Source of the DNA: Nemertoderma westbladi
Lineage: Eukaryota; Animalia; Xenacoelomorpha
Direction of reading: 5' to 3'
Assembly (NCBI GenBank): GCA_032718475.1
Contig: JAUCBJ010000434.1
Span: 55,298-119,297, forward strand
DNA length: 64,000 nt
Shown: piece after piece, positions 20,016 to 32,520 of the stretch
How positions within the stretch are numbered: position 1 is the first letter of the stretch
Layout: each line of letters opens with the position of its first letter
Position numbers and translations under genes: made by a program
Notes under the pieces: model-generated
What the model saw: only the letters and a program-made list of their open reading frames with translations
Database searches by the model: none
Told to the model about the DNA's origin: nothing

Positions 20016-22359
20016 ATTATTCTGCTTTTTGTAACTCGATTCACTTTGTATAACAATAGGTAACTTCAATGGTGGTGTTATATTATATATTTTATTATTG
20101 TTTGCGTCTTGTTTCAACAGCTGCTAGACCTGCAGTCATTTATTCCAGCATTGTGGTGTCATCTATCAACTTTATATCATTTTATGAATTTTATCGATTA
20201 TCTGCTCATGTTTTAAATAATTTAATTTAATTTCACTTTATTTAATTTTATTTAATTGTGTCTTCCTAGCCAGCCATACCTAAATCGCCGTATATCTTTT
20301 CATTTATTTTTACTTATTTTAACTTAATTACTTGTATCTACCTAGCCTTAGCCACACTTCGCATTTTATCGATTTTTCATCCGAAAAGTCGAGTCAACAA
20401 TTAAGTCAAAACAAAAGTCAAGACAAAGTCGACAATTATATTTTTATCTTTATTTTACTTACCTATTTTAATTTAATTTATCCTCCATCTCAGCCTAATC
20501 TCTCTTTTTACCACTGCTCATATTTTTATTTATTTTAATTATTTAATATCACCCTCGTAACCAGGCATATACTGTACGATAGCCTCGTATAAATTAGTAT
20601 CTTTTACAGTATATTATTCAATTAAATTTAACCGCGTACGTACTTATTTTAATATGTAAATTGTGGAAACATTTTAATGTATATTTATAGGATTTTAAGA
20701 TTACGTATTACTTGAACCTTCTCCGTTATGACCATTTTTCGTATAAACCGGAAAGTAAGCTTACATTAGGGGGAGCTCCCCCCCCCCCCCCCCCCCCCCC
20801 CCAACCCCCTCATTTTTTCAAATTCCAACCAAATGCTACAAAATTTGGTATGAATATACTGTACATATACAGTAGTTATTATTTAGCTACAAGGCATCGC
20901 CTATTTAGCAATACCTAACCATACACACAGGGTATTATATGATGCAGCCCATATTGTCAATCAGTTTTTAAAGAATGTTATTTTATGTACTGCGTAGGTT
21001 ATTGCTTAGGTGACCCTTATTCATGTCATGTCTGGATCCTCAAACAAATATAAATATTTAAACTAGTAATTGGCTAATTTATATTTTTTGGTGGTGGTTA
21101 TTTCATCGGATCGATTATTACAATTAAACGAATGTAATCCATATCAAAATCAATATTATGTTATATATTTCACCTTCTCTAGTGTATATTGGATGAGAGT
21201 TACAGTATATTCCACATCACTCTCAGATAACATCTCAAGGAAAAAGTACAGACAGTACTTTACACTGGAGCTGGGGGTAAGAACGCGCAAGAAAAGGGGG
21301 AAGATATGGGGTATGGATCTATTAATGATAATCCCACCCAATACAAAGCCTCTACTGTATTTCACGACAGTTCTACAGTATACGGCTGGTAATCTTGAGC
21401 GGTGGTGATACTACTGTACTGAATAGTTGGTATAAACTTACCTGCATCCACCCACACCAACCGTTAGAGACCCTTGCACGCACCCGTCCCTATATACCAT
21501 AACATACAGTATAACACCACCTACTAACAGTACTCACCCGAGTCAATGGCATAAAATAATCGCATAACAAAAATATGTGTTTAGTGGGTTTGAAAAATTA
21601 AGGGAATGTAGCAGGTTACAATGAGAGTGTTTTTTAACCAAAACAATAAACGAGACTTTATTTTCCTGCGGTCAATATGAGCTTAAGATCACAATTTTCA
21701 CTGGCAGTCAATGTGCGCCACTATCTGACTTTCCCACACCCTCACCCATCCCTTATACACCTACAGTACTTAAATGAATTGTATTTGAGCTGTTAATGCA
21801 ACTTTAATGAATACACTACTGTACAGTACTTACAACACCACACCGCTAGTTAATTTTACTTCTACCTAAATTACCCACCCACATACGTATCTCACTTATC
21901 ACATTTATCCGCACCAACTTATCCACCCCAACTTATCCGCACCAACCCATCCACCCATACCCAACACCCCTTACCCGCAACCATCCACCCACACCAATTG
22001 ATTTGGTTAGAAAACCTTTCAAATTATATTTTGCTGAGTGATACTGTTGCCTAGCTTGTATTGTTTTGGTTAGAAATTCCTGCCTCTGTAATCTGCTTCT
22101 TTCTCTCAATTATTGGTAATAAGCCTCGTGTTTATTTATTATTATTCGTGAAACGGGACCTTCTGCCGCTGATGAAATATAATAAATAGACACTGCTTGA
22201 TACTACTACTGTATACTTTATAGGTAACCATCATACAGTATCTTTATTTAGTGGTCTACAGGTGTCCTTTGATAGATTAACCCTACTGTAGGCCCTACCC
22301 TTTCATGGGTCATATTAATTTATTTAATGTTCTGACTTTCTGAGTCTCACTAATACAAT

Positions 22360-22732
22360 GGGTGAGTACAAAACAAAGATCAAAGACCAAATTAAGTAAC
22401 CTGCATAATATCTTGTAACATGTGTTAACTTTGGTTTATTGTTTTGGTTCCACAAACACGCCTCTTGTAACCTGTTCCTTTACTAACACGTTCCTTTAAA
22501 TATCAATGGGACCTAACGCTCTTATTTGTGACCTGTATAAGAAAAAGAAGTAAAGATGCCTAAGGTCCCAAAGAGCGTTTAGGTCCCATTGCCGTTTAAA
22601 GGAACCGGTTTAGTAAAGGAGCAGGTTACAGCGGCGTGTTGGGGGAATCAAAACAATAAACGTAAAGTTAACACATGTGTTTTTACAGGTCTTTAGTCTT
22701 TGATCTTTGTTTTGTACTATTGTACTCACCCC
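22360..22732. mobile_element. ~370-bp palindromic MITE
   Basis: Termini GGGTGAGTACA...TGTACTCACCC with long imperfect inverted arms (CATGTGTTAACTTT..GGGACCTAACGCTCTT vs AAGAGCGTTTAGGTCCC..AAAGTTAACACATG). Arm fragments recur near 21610, 22060, 28860, 57450-57710 and 62330. Confidence 0.8.
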
Positions 22733-23696
22733 TAAGGCCTAGGATTGATCAGAGGATTTGATGATTCAATTGTGGTAATTGTGATAATTACAGAATGAAT
22801 TATGATCAGGCTGGCTACACTGCGCTACATGCTGACGCATGTTATTTTTAAACATTTATAGGCTACTGTATCATGCAATCTACTAATTGTAATTTGTAAA
22901 TTATCGTACTACAGTAGCCTAACATGTGTCCCTTTCTTCAGATTTAGTTGAATTTGAGTTATTTAAAAATAAATTAAATTAAAAACTATAACCAAATAAT
23001 CTAAAAATATACTGTATAAACATTGACATACTGTATAACTGTATAATAAGGAATCTACTGTATTTCTATAGGCCTAGTTAGTTAGTTATGTACCAAATTC
23101 ATTTTTAAAGTGCATACAGTATACTCCGCAGTCGGCACTCGGCTATACATGTAATATGGTCATAATAATTAACTTTGACATTTCCTATATTGTTTTTGAT
23201 ATTGAAAATAATAAATTTGATATTGATATTACAACAATTAGTAAAACATTAATAATGGCATTTGGGTCGAATGGACTTGGAATGTGGGGCCAATCGGTTA
23301 ACTGTCAAAGTCGATTCGCCCCAAGGGCATATGCCCCTAAAATCTGCAGGGGCGAATAGACTTAGTGGGAATAGGTCGAGGGGCGAATCAAACCGTAGGC
23401 CTACCCCCCTTTCTTACATTTTATGATTTGGAGAATCTTTTAGCTTTAGGCTCATTTAGCCAAGGAATGGCTGTTCACCACCATTGGTGATCTACCACTG
23501 TAAACCCTTCCAGTGTTACTTTATCCTATCCTAACACAGTACAGCAGTAATACAGTAATACATAGGTAACTACTGGTTACTGTTGACTGTTGGCTGACTA
23601 CAGCAGTACAGTACTACTGTATTAATGCAGTAGGCCCTTATGCAGTAATGCGCCTACTAACTACTAGCTGACTAGTTCTACAGTTTGGTTGAAGTG

Positions 23697-24626
23697 ATGA
23701 CTAATTCAGGCAGGGGTGATTTGGATTTACCTTCTCTGTCTGATATGTTTCGAGAAAAAGCTGCTTCTGATTCTACTGGTGGCACAACCACTGTTGGCGA
23801 CCTTCAATTCTCTCTGGATCAAATACTTCTGGAAACACAAGTTTCCACATCTCAAAATCGCCAATATCGGTCTACAGATGACGAGAACGTTCGTTCCAAT
23901 GCTGCTGGTGGTGCATCAGTTGAAGGTGTACCGGTATGCTCTCATAAAAAATATAATGCAGTTTCTTGCAATCATTTACTTCACAAAAATTTCGGACATT
24001 GTACAAATTCACCGATCTCTATTACTGGTACCTGTACTACTTCCAATCTACAATATGGACATGATGTGATCATAGATCTTTCGAATGCTATTACAAATAA
24101 ATACTCCAATAATAATATTTCATTAACGATACCGGAACTGGAGCCGAAAACAGTACATCAGACACACTCTGAAAAATATGGTAAACCTACGGAGAAATTA
24201 GTTTCTCTTTATAATAACAATAGTGAAACCCAGTCTAATATTCATGATTCTCAAACTAACTTTGTCGGTCAGGTTACAAACATGTTATCACCAATTATCG
24301 ATAGGCCTACGGCTGAACCGGCATTCCGAAATATTGCCAACCGTCTACCTATTAGTTTGGCCGAGCCGTCAGCATTCGCCAAGTCGTTTATTGTTGGGGA
24401 AACGGGATTCTCTGTAAATTATTCCTATTCTCAGTCGCAGAAATGGAAGCGTAGACGACTTAAGAGGTCTTACAACCCCTTTAGTTACCCCTTCCAATGT
24501 AAACAGTTGGGAATTGTTGCCGATAAATCGATCCGTTTAGATAAGGAAATTAAAACCTTCAATTTTTCAACCCCATCGCCGGATGACATTATTTTTAGTA
24601 AACAGAAATTCCAAACGAGAAAATGA
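23697..24626 (+). CDS. SKI7-like / HBS1L short-isoform-like protein (exosome-SKI adaptor motifs, no GTPase domain)
   Basis: The C-terminus AEPSAFAKSF...KRRRLKRSYNPFSYPFQ...IKTFNFSTPSPDDIIFSKQK resembles, from memory, the PSAFA and PFDFxxxSPDDIV motifs of the vertebrate HBS1L short isoform. In-frame ATG at 23697. TACTAAC at 23655-23661 and CAG at 23681-23683 lie upstream. Confidence 0.78.
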   Translation: MTNSGRGDLDLPSLSDMFREKAASDSTGGTTTVGDLQFSLDQILLETQVSTSQNRQYRSTDDENVRSNAAGGASVEGVPVCSHKKYNAVSCNHLLHKNFGHCTNSPISITGTCTTSNLQYGHDVIIDLSNAITNKYSNNNISLTIPELEPKTVHQTHSEKYGKPTEKLVSLYNNNSETQSNIHDSQTNFVGQVTNMLSPIIDRPTAEPAFRNIANRLPISLAEPSAFAKSFIVGETGFSVNYSYSQSQKWKRRRLKRSYNPFSYPFQCKQLGIVADKSIRLDKEIKTFNFSTPSPDDIIFSKQKFQTRK

Positions 24627-25922
24627 AGGTTTTGGTATTTATTTTTAATTAAAGTTTTGGTTTTAATTAAAGAAAATCGCTAATTATTTACCGGTACAGT
24701 AGATATTTATTAATATTGATTAGGTCTTCTGTATATAATTTATATATACGTAAATTTTTATTTTTTGATTATATAACAAAACAGACATCGCTTTACTACG
24801 TTACTGGTATGATTTGATTACGAATTTTTTTATATTTTTATATTTTCTGTCGTAAAATACAACTCAATGTGTGGGCCTGTGGGTGGGGTTTATCCTAGCT
24901 CGAGCTGGTGAATAATAACAAGGTATTCATTACATTATAACTTATCTGGTGGACAAATACGTAGTTAATATTATCGTATGTGTTTGACTTGACCATTATT
25001 ATATTGTTTTGTACATGGTGTACGTGGCTTTGGTGTATTCATTATATGGGCCTACTGTACTGTAATATTTATTTACTACATTTTAAATAAAAAATTTACT
25101 TAATGTTACCGTTTCTTTACGTTTTTTACATACATTTTACAGTCTTTTATGTTAGGCTAATCTATACAAAAAAGGTTTAAGGTCCATTTATAAAGCTAAC
25201 TACCGTCCTAGTCCCACTGTAGTTATTTTTTTTAGAAATATAAAAATAAATGAGAATATTAATAGTGTTGTATTTTTTATCGCTCAAATGAAAAGGGCTA
25301 ATATTTTGTTAAAAGTTATAATTATAAAGCTATAAAAATACTTACCGGTCTACTTGTTTATCAACTAATCTATGATGTACTGTATGTAGGCCTAGTGTTA
25401 CCAATGTGTAACGTACTATAATTTCATGACCCCAATAATTGCCATTTTGGTAACAATAGGTTTCCCATATTAACGAAATCCCGCCTCCTGTTTTCCTATT
25501 AATTTGCAACTAGTCACATATATTGACTTCGGGTTGTTATAAATTATATTACAAAGTTACAACTTTATATTATTAAAATTGATATAGTGTCACTACAGCA
25601 TCCTGCCTTGTGGATATGTGTGAATGTTATGTTTTAAGCAGTAAATGTAATATAGTGCAGGTAGTAGTGTAGTTTAAACGTTAGTATACAGTAAACAATG
25701 TATACCTTTACGATAATATTTAATAAACATAATTCTGGAACATTTTATTTATTCCATAAGTTGCGGTACAACAATGCAATATAATACACCATGAACCGTA
25801 ATATAGAGTCAGAGTCATTTTCTGTTGACACGGACCCCCCTACACCATACTTCTACACATCTTTATCATAATTGTTTGAAATTTGAAACACAACTAGTTC
25901 AACTCACCGTGGTTGTTACCAT

Positions 25923-26015
25923 TAGGGATGTCCCGGAATTCCGGCGGTATTTGCCCAATTCCGGTTCCGGCCCGAATGGGGTCAATTCCGGCCGGAATTT
26001 TACCGGAATTGCCAG
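25923..26015 (+). mobile_element. hAT-like terminus (TAGGGATG) with CCGGAATT subterminal repeats
   Basis: TAGGGATG followed by clustered AATTCCGG/CCGGAATT motifs. A similar end lies at 41061. No partner end was found. Confidence 0.45.
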
Positions 26016-26249
26016 GTACGTAACTATTTTGATAGTTGCAATTAGTTTGTTAAATTATTATCAACATTTGTATATTTTTTAAACATTATTTCTAATAATT
26101 AGTTTAAGATACTTTTCAACACTTGTAAAAAAGTATAGAAATGAAGTTTTCTTCGGCCGTTAGAGCTAACATTTAAGGATGCAAGGCATAGATGCCCCTT
26201 GAGTATCCCCTTCAAGCTTCAAACAATTCGTGCTGAATCGAAAACTGCC

Positions 26250-26324
26250 TTGGCCAACATGCTGGGATCGAACCCACGACTTCCAGATAGATTGGAAATC
26301 AATGCAACCAGTACACCAAGGCGG
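26250..26324 (-). mobile_element. tRNA-derived SINE head or tRNA pseudogene
   Basis: The minus strand has an A-box-like TGGTGTACTGG and a B-box GGTTCGATCCC at tRNA-like spacing. No clean cloverleaf. Confidence 0.5.
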
Positions 26325-27303
26325 AACCTAATTAACCTATCTAATGAGGGAAAATTCACAGCCACCCTGTTTAGTTTATTAAAGTGAATTCAGTCTTGAT
26401 GGGTATATGTAACACATTTCCAAAAACATTTCACCTGGTAAACAAACTAAAATGGTCCCACCATATGTTACAGTACACCACGAAATGCATCAATAGGCCC
26501 GTGGCTCACTGGTCAGAATGTCAAAATGAATGCCTCCTTGCTCCATTGGTAACACAAGTCATTTGATAAAAAATATAAGATGCGTCTCACATTTACTGCA
26601 TATTTAAACCCAAAGGAACCAATCACAGACCTCTTGCCGGATATAACACATGAGCCATGTGTCAAAAGATGGAACATGGGACATAATCACTTGCCACTCA
26701 TAGGTCGTAACTTACGATTTGCCAGTGGAGACGCCCCCATTGAAACCAATGTGTTCCATAATTTATTCTGACTAAGACTTTATAAGACTTACCAGTGGAG
26801 CACGGGCCTTAAATAGTGGTTTTTCCAACTTGCTTATTACAATTTGCTTATAAAATTGCGCTTTTAGATTGATTTTACATTATTTTACATTGAATTTAAA
26901 TTATTTTACACTGAATTTAAATTATTTTACATTGATTTTATATTATTTTTACTTTGAATTAATTATTAAATAATATGATAATATTATGATTTGTATTGTC
27001 CAACGTAACATATAGGATTGCCAGTAAAGATTTGCAGCTTATTTCCTTGGGGGTCCTTTATGTTACTTGTACTGTACTTGGTCACAAATACAGTATTACA
27101 CAATTACAATTACTACTCTAACCTAAAACTAATATAAAACGTTATTACAACACGTACAGGTCCTGCGAGTGGTCGTTAGTTCAGTTCTGCGTCGTAGGTG
27201 CTGCATACTATAGTAGTTTTGTTTCTATTTACAGCAAATCCATTTCTTAACCATAAATCTATTTATTCCCAGCAATAATTAAACTGTAACATGTACTTAC
27301 TTT

Positions 27304-27358
27304 GCATGGCCCCTGCGCAAGGATGACACGCAAAATCGTGAAGCGTTCACTCATTTTT
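27304..27358 (+). pseudogene. U6: U6 snRNA 3' half (fragment)
   Basis: GCATGGCCCCTGCGCAAGGATGACACGCAAAATCGTGAAGCGTTC..TTTTT matches the U6 ISL and 3' end. The 5' half with the ACAGAGA box is absent. Confidence 0.88.
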
Positions 27359-27436
27359 CTTTGTTTGAGGGGTGGGCAGAGGTCGTGGCGGCCAATAGGG
27401 CTTGACGATGGCGCAGGGATGTGGGCGGTGCGTTTA

Positions 27437-27552
27437 GAAGAGGGAGAATTCAGCGAGGCTCGAGAGGATCTCGCTGCCTGGAGAAGAATTACGAGGAGGT
27501 TGGAGTTGATAGTGGTGGAGCCGAAGATGAGGAGGGAGAGGAGGAATATTAG
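27437..27552 (+). pseudogene. Alpha-tubulin C-terminal fragment with a 1-nt frameshift, followed by a 3'UTR-like stretch
   Basis: Reads EEGEFSEAREDLAA / EKNYEEVGVDSGGAEDEEGEEEY*. AATAAA signals follow at ~27610 and ~27652. Confidence 0.9.
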
Positions 27553-28543
27553 ATGTACACTTTACAAACTCTATTCATTCAGCCGTCACTACTAGAAATA
27601 TGCTCTTAAAATAAATAACACGTTCTAGAATTTTGTGTATTTATTAAATAGAATAAATGGCTTGTAGCGAACAATAATTCTTGCAATCTTTGAATGCCTA
27701 TTTCTCAGCCGTTTCTCAACAAAATTTCTTTGTTACTTTTTTTAAGTTAATATATCCAGATATCAGTATATTGTTTATTCAGTGTAAATTCAGTCAGTAC
27801 CAGTCAATTATTTTATTAAGATAAATTATTATTTCGTAATTTTGCACATAATTAAAAGTTTAATAAAATTACAAGCCAATTATTTTACTAAGTGTAATAC
27901 GTAATAATTCCATTGTTTTGCACACATTATGATAATATCTGAGGGATAATACTGTAGTTTGTCTTATCGAACTTTGTAATCTTATAGATTTAGTTAGGCC
28001 TATTACTGTATTATGTTATGTAGCAGTTTAGAGAGACTGTTTGACAGTTTGACAGTGATGGTGCAGTGCCGTTACTGTATAATAAATATTAATGTTTTAT
28101 CTCGCTGTCAATAAATAAATAGGCCTAAATAATAATAAATATATTTATCTGACTACCGGTTGACTGGTAGGCAGTAGGCCTACCTACCCGTACTACTGGT
28201 ACTGCAGTATACAGTATTATATAGCGATGCCTGTCCATTGCTGCATTGCCTGATTCCTGCATTGCAGCATTGAGTATAATCACTGCTGCACTGGTCTGCT
28301 GGTACTGGGTACCGGTACGCAAACCGATTAGAGCGAAATCCGCTAGCAGATCCGGTCCGGGGGGGGGATTCTTCGGGGGACTGAATCCGCTGTTACACCC
28401 TGCTGCCCTGACACCTGTACACCGGGCGTTCCGACTGTCCGAGGCAGATCGGCAACCCTGAAGTACCCCGACAGCCCGAGCCCGAAGGCATAGCAATACC
28501 GGTACCGGTATACCAGTATACGGTAGCGGGGTAAAGTCTGAAA

Positions 28544-29112
28544 GTAGCGTTAGGTCCAAATCGGTATACTTTAGGTCCTGTAGCGTTAGGTCCCGCAGCT
28601 TTAGGTCCCAGGTCCTGCTGGCGCGTTAGGTCCTGTCTGCCTGTGTAGCGTTAGGTTGTAGGTCTGTAGGTCCTGCTGCATTAAGTCATTCTGTCATTCA
28701 TGTACATAATATACATCACACATACATACATAGCATTACACATTCTGACATTAGGTCCTATCACCTAGGCCTATACCTTACTACAATAGCACTGTAGCAT
28801 ATATATATGACTGTTACTGTTGATTCTCTATTAATCTATTCCACAATATCCCTAACTCTCGTTTATTGTTTTGGTTCCTTTCAACTCGCCTCTGTAACCT
28901 GCTCCTTTACTAACCCTGTAACCTGCCTGGTATCAGGTATGTATTGCTGTATTGGAGGCAGACTGGACCTACTGGCCCACAATCTGACAATCAGACAATG
29001 GCACGGCCCTAACGCCAGAACGCTACCCTGACCTAACGCCACGGACCTAATGCTGTAATGCTACCAGGACCTAATGCCACGGACCTAACGCTACCAGCAC
29101 CAGGTGACCTAA
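28544..29112. mobile_element. Foldback-type element with GTAGCGTTAGGTCC subterminal arrays
   Basis: Repeated TTAGGTCC units at 28544-28680 mirrored by GGACCTAA(CGC) units at 28965-29112. Confidence 0.6.
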
Positions 29113-29552
29113 AGAAGAGTATTCTGATTATTATTACTGTATAAGGCCTAGATTCTGAGATTATAGACCTGCTGTACTACTGACTACTGTACTAACAGAC
29201 TAAAAGTAATCTAATTCAAGGCATCTTGATCATCATCTTGACACTACCGCCAGACTGCAGTGCGCGGTCAGGCGGTAGGCGTACTGACCGACTTTACTAT
29301 TTGACCTAACCCTAATCCTCGCATTTAAATATCGTAATCACTGCACTGTAAGGCTTAGGGCAGTAGGGGCTTAGCAGCCTTCAGCCTAGGCCTACTACAG
29401 TACTAACGTAAAGCATAAATCTAGCTAGCTATCGTAAAGCTAGATCTGTAGATAAGTAGATTGCCAAAATTGAAGTAAATTGTTGATATTTTTATAGGCC
29501 CTTCCTTTGACCTGTTCACTGTTGACTGTTTGAAGTAAATGCTGAAATGTAA

Positions 29553-31196
29553 ATGATGAATAGAGACGGGGAATCTGCAGTCAGGCGCAGAGTTATTACC
29601 GGTATTGGGGAGGCCTCTGAGAAAGAAGATGCCCCCATTATCGATGACCCCACCGATGGTAATCACGTTAACAACATCACCGCCACCGGATTAGATAAAT
29701 TTCCGTTTAATGTGCTTAATTATTTACCGGAAAGTCAACTCTTCCTAATTATCTGCCTGTATAGAGTGTCGATTAATCTTAGTTTTGTTAACACATGGTT
29801 CGTACCTGATGAATACTGGCAGTCCTTGGAAGTTGCCCATTACCATGCATATGGCTATGGATATTTGACGTGGGAATGGAAATACAAGATCCGCAGTCAC
29901 TTACACCCCATGATTTTCCACGCCGTGTATAGTTTGCTGCAAGCTATGGGGTTAAACGACAGACAAGTCGTTCTTGAGGGACCTAGAATAGTTCAATGTT
30001 TCCTTTCATCGATTGGGGACTTATATGTTTATAAATTGAGCTACAAGTTGACTAGTAACAGAATTTTAGCCTATTATTCCTTATTATTTCATTTATCATC
30101 CTGGTTTATATTTTACACGGCGCCTCGCACTTTGGTGAACTGTATGGAAGCAACATTAACAACGATGGGGTTGTATTACTACCCCTGGAAGTCTCCAGAA
30201 GTTTCCCCAATTGTGTATCTATTGATTAGCGGCATGACTGTTCTAATGAGACCAACAGCAGCCATTGTTTGGACCCCGTTCCTAATTTGGCATGTATTCA
30301 GGGCGAAATTTTCACCTTTGCTAATAACTCGGCTTGTTGGATGCGGGATAGTTTGTTTATCATTTAATTTAATAGTAGATAGAAGTTATTATGGGGTGTG
30401 GGAGTTTCCAGCTTGGAACTTCCTAAAGTTTAACTTCCTGCAAAATCAGAGCGGGTTCTATGGTACCCACCCGTGGTACTGGTACATATCTCAGGGTCTC
30501 CCAACTGTTTTGGGACCTGATTTACTTTTATTTTTAATAGGTTTTTTTAACTGCGAAAAGAAGGGGTTACTCCCCTTACAATTTGCCATAGTGTGGACCG
30601 TGGGTGTGTACAGCATTCTTCCGCACAAGGAGTTTCGATTTCTTCTATGTATTCTACCCCAAGCAATGATTATGTGCGGTTCTGCTATTTACGACGTTAC
30701 ATTGATATGTTCTACATTTGGTAGAAAGGTTATTTTATCTGCTGTATTTATCGGGCTACTGACTGCCAAAATTGGCATGGCATATTATTTTGGAGTGGTC
30801 CATCAAGTAGGTGCCATCGGCGTTATGAAAGTTCTTCATGATTTAACGCCCACCAATTCTAGTGGCATTCTCTTCCTAATGCCTTGCCATTCAACCCCTT
30901 TTTATGCCCACATGCACAAAAACATTCCAATGCGTTTCCTTACGTGCGAGCCTTTCCTTGGTCAAACCAACTACACTGATGAGGCTGATGATTTCTATAA
31001 AGACCCCGCGGGCTGGTTGTTTGATAACTACCACCTGGACCGATATATGCCCCAACATGTTGTTATGTTTGATGTTTTAAAACCACGTATTGAAATCTTC
31101 TTAAAGACACACTGGTATAAATTGTGCGCAAAGATTTTTCATACTGATTTACCGGAGGGTCGTATTGGAAATTTTATACTTATATATTGTAGATAA
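29553..31196 (+). CDS. PIGB: GPI mannosyltransferase 3 (GT22/Alg9-like), single exon
   Basis: Motifs FVPDEYWQSLEVAH, GYGYLTWEW, RPT, FYGTHPWYWY, PHKEFRF, LMPCHSTP and FLTCEP. Multi-pass hydrophobic protein. AATAAA at ~31264. Confidence 0.95.
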   Translation: MMNRDGESAVRRRVITGIGEASEKEDAPIIDDPTDGNHVNNITATGLDKFPFNVLNYLPESQLFLIICLYRVSINLSFVNTWFVPDEYWQSLEVAHYHAYGYGYLTWEWKYKIRSHLHPMIFHAVYSLLQAMGLNDRQVVLEGPRIVQCFLSSIGDLYVYKLSYKLTSNRILAYYSLLFHLSSWFIFYTAPRTLVNCMEATLTTMGLYYYPWKSPEVSPIVYLLISGMTVLMRPTAAIVWTPFLIWHVFRAKFSPLLITRLVGCGIVCLSFNLIVDRSYYGVWEFPAWNFLKFNFLQNQSGFYGTHPWYWYISQGLPTVLGPDLLLFLIGFFNCEKKGLLPLQFAIVWTVGVYSILPHKEFRFLLCILPQAMIMCGSAIYDVTLICSTFGRKVILSAVFIGLLTAKIGMAYYFGVVHQVGAIGVMKVLHDLTPTNSSGILFLMPCHSTPFYAHMHKNIPMRFLTCEPFLGQTNYTDEADDFYKDPAGWLFDNYHLDRYMPQHVVMFDVLKPRIEIFLKTHWYKLCAKIFHTDLPEGRIGNFILIYCR

Positions 31197-31551
31197 TCAA
31201 GCAATCTAAACAAACAATCTATATCATATGATATGTATCTACAAATATGAAAGAAAACTTTGCAATAAAACACAGACAATCAATATTCATACATATTATT
31301 CACGTTTTTCAGTATACTGTATGTGGCTGGTCACGAGAAAAGGAACCTTATACCGCCAGAGGTAGATTTTGAGTTATTTGGCCTATTAGATGCACAATTT
31401 TCCTGAGATTTTAACAAAAAACGGTGTCTCCAAATCTATTTCTAATAAAAAGTTATAGACGAATTTACGTGAAGGTGAATCGGGTACCGGTAGTTCTTTT
31501 CAAAATAATTTTGTTTTTGAATGGGAGAATCTTTTAGGCTCGTTAAGCCAA

Positions 31552-31785
31552 TGAATACCTGTCCGTCCACCACCATTGGTGATCTTCCACAGTAAACCCT
31601 TCCACTCTGTTTCCTAAAGGAATGCCTGTTCACCACCACGGGTGATCTTCCACAGTAAACCCTTCTACTGTTTCCTAAAGGAATGCCTGTTCACCACCAC
31701 GGGTGATCTTCCACAGTAAACCCTTCCACTCTGTTTCCCAAAGGAATACCTGTTCACCATCATGGGTGATCTACCACAGTAAACC
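31552..31785. repeat. ~62-bp tandem repeat, ~4 copies
   Basis: Unit GAATGCCTGTTCACCACCACGGGTGATCTTCCACAGTAAACCCTTCC... A single related copy with the same upstream flank lies at ~23430-23515. Confidence 0.85.
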
Positions 31786-32099
31786 CCTAACCCCTTCATA
31801 ATTATTTATTATATGGGAAAAAAGTAGAACTTTTTCACTATTCTCGAGGCATTTTATTTACCGAGCGTAAGCTAGGTTAATAAAGGGTCGAGAGAATATT
31901 GAAAAAAATGATCTACGTTTTTTTTCCACAAATGTTATTACAAATGAAATTGAACTGTTGTATTTAACTATATTGCTTCCATAGTTACTGCGATTAAAAT
32001 TATTGCACTCTTCAACTCTCGATGTTGCCACTCAATGTTACAATAATTTAGTGTTCTCGAATATTTATTACGTAACTAGAGAGCCTCTTAACTACCTGA

Positions 32100-32520
32100 A
32101 CCAATATTGGATATTGAGTTCCATTTTCTAACCGTATGTCGGTCTGTCTGATCAAAATTATTATAAAGCACCTGTCGGTTTGCCTGACGTAGTCTAAGAA
32201 AGCACTCCATATACTACTATAACTATAGCTACTATAACTTTTGTTACCGTGTTTTAATTCGGTAACTTAATTTCCCGAGTCAGTTCTAATATTTTGCAGA
32301 ATCTAGACTGCTATATGTATGTCTGTACATTTGTCTGTCTGTCGGTCAGTCTGTCGAAATGTAAGCAAGCACACAACCCAGCTAAAATTTTAGTTCTAAG
32401 GGTTTTCTTGTTCGGAGATTTCATTTCTGAAGTCAGTTTTTACATTTGACGACGTCGTGTCTGTCTTTGTGGATGTCGGTCTGTCAGTCAGTCTGTCAAA
32501 ATATTACTGACAGTCGGATA
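32100..32520. repeat. Dispersed repeat family of ~120-bp units with CTGT microsatellite and GATTTCATTTC core
   Basis: Related units at ~37450-37700 (inverted) and 41960-42830. Confidence 0.6.

Noticed and set aside
22140-22190. Hammerhead-like GAAA...CTGATGA
   Set aside because: Only 15 nt lie between the motifs, too short for stems III and I.
27302-27595. 97-aa ORF as a real gene
   Set aside because: It is a read-through of a U6 fragment, a linker and a frameshifted tubulin tail.
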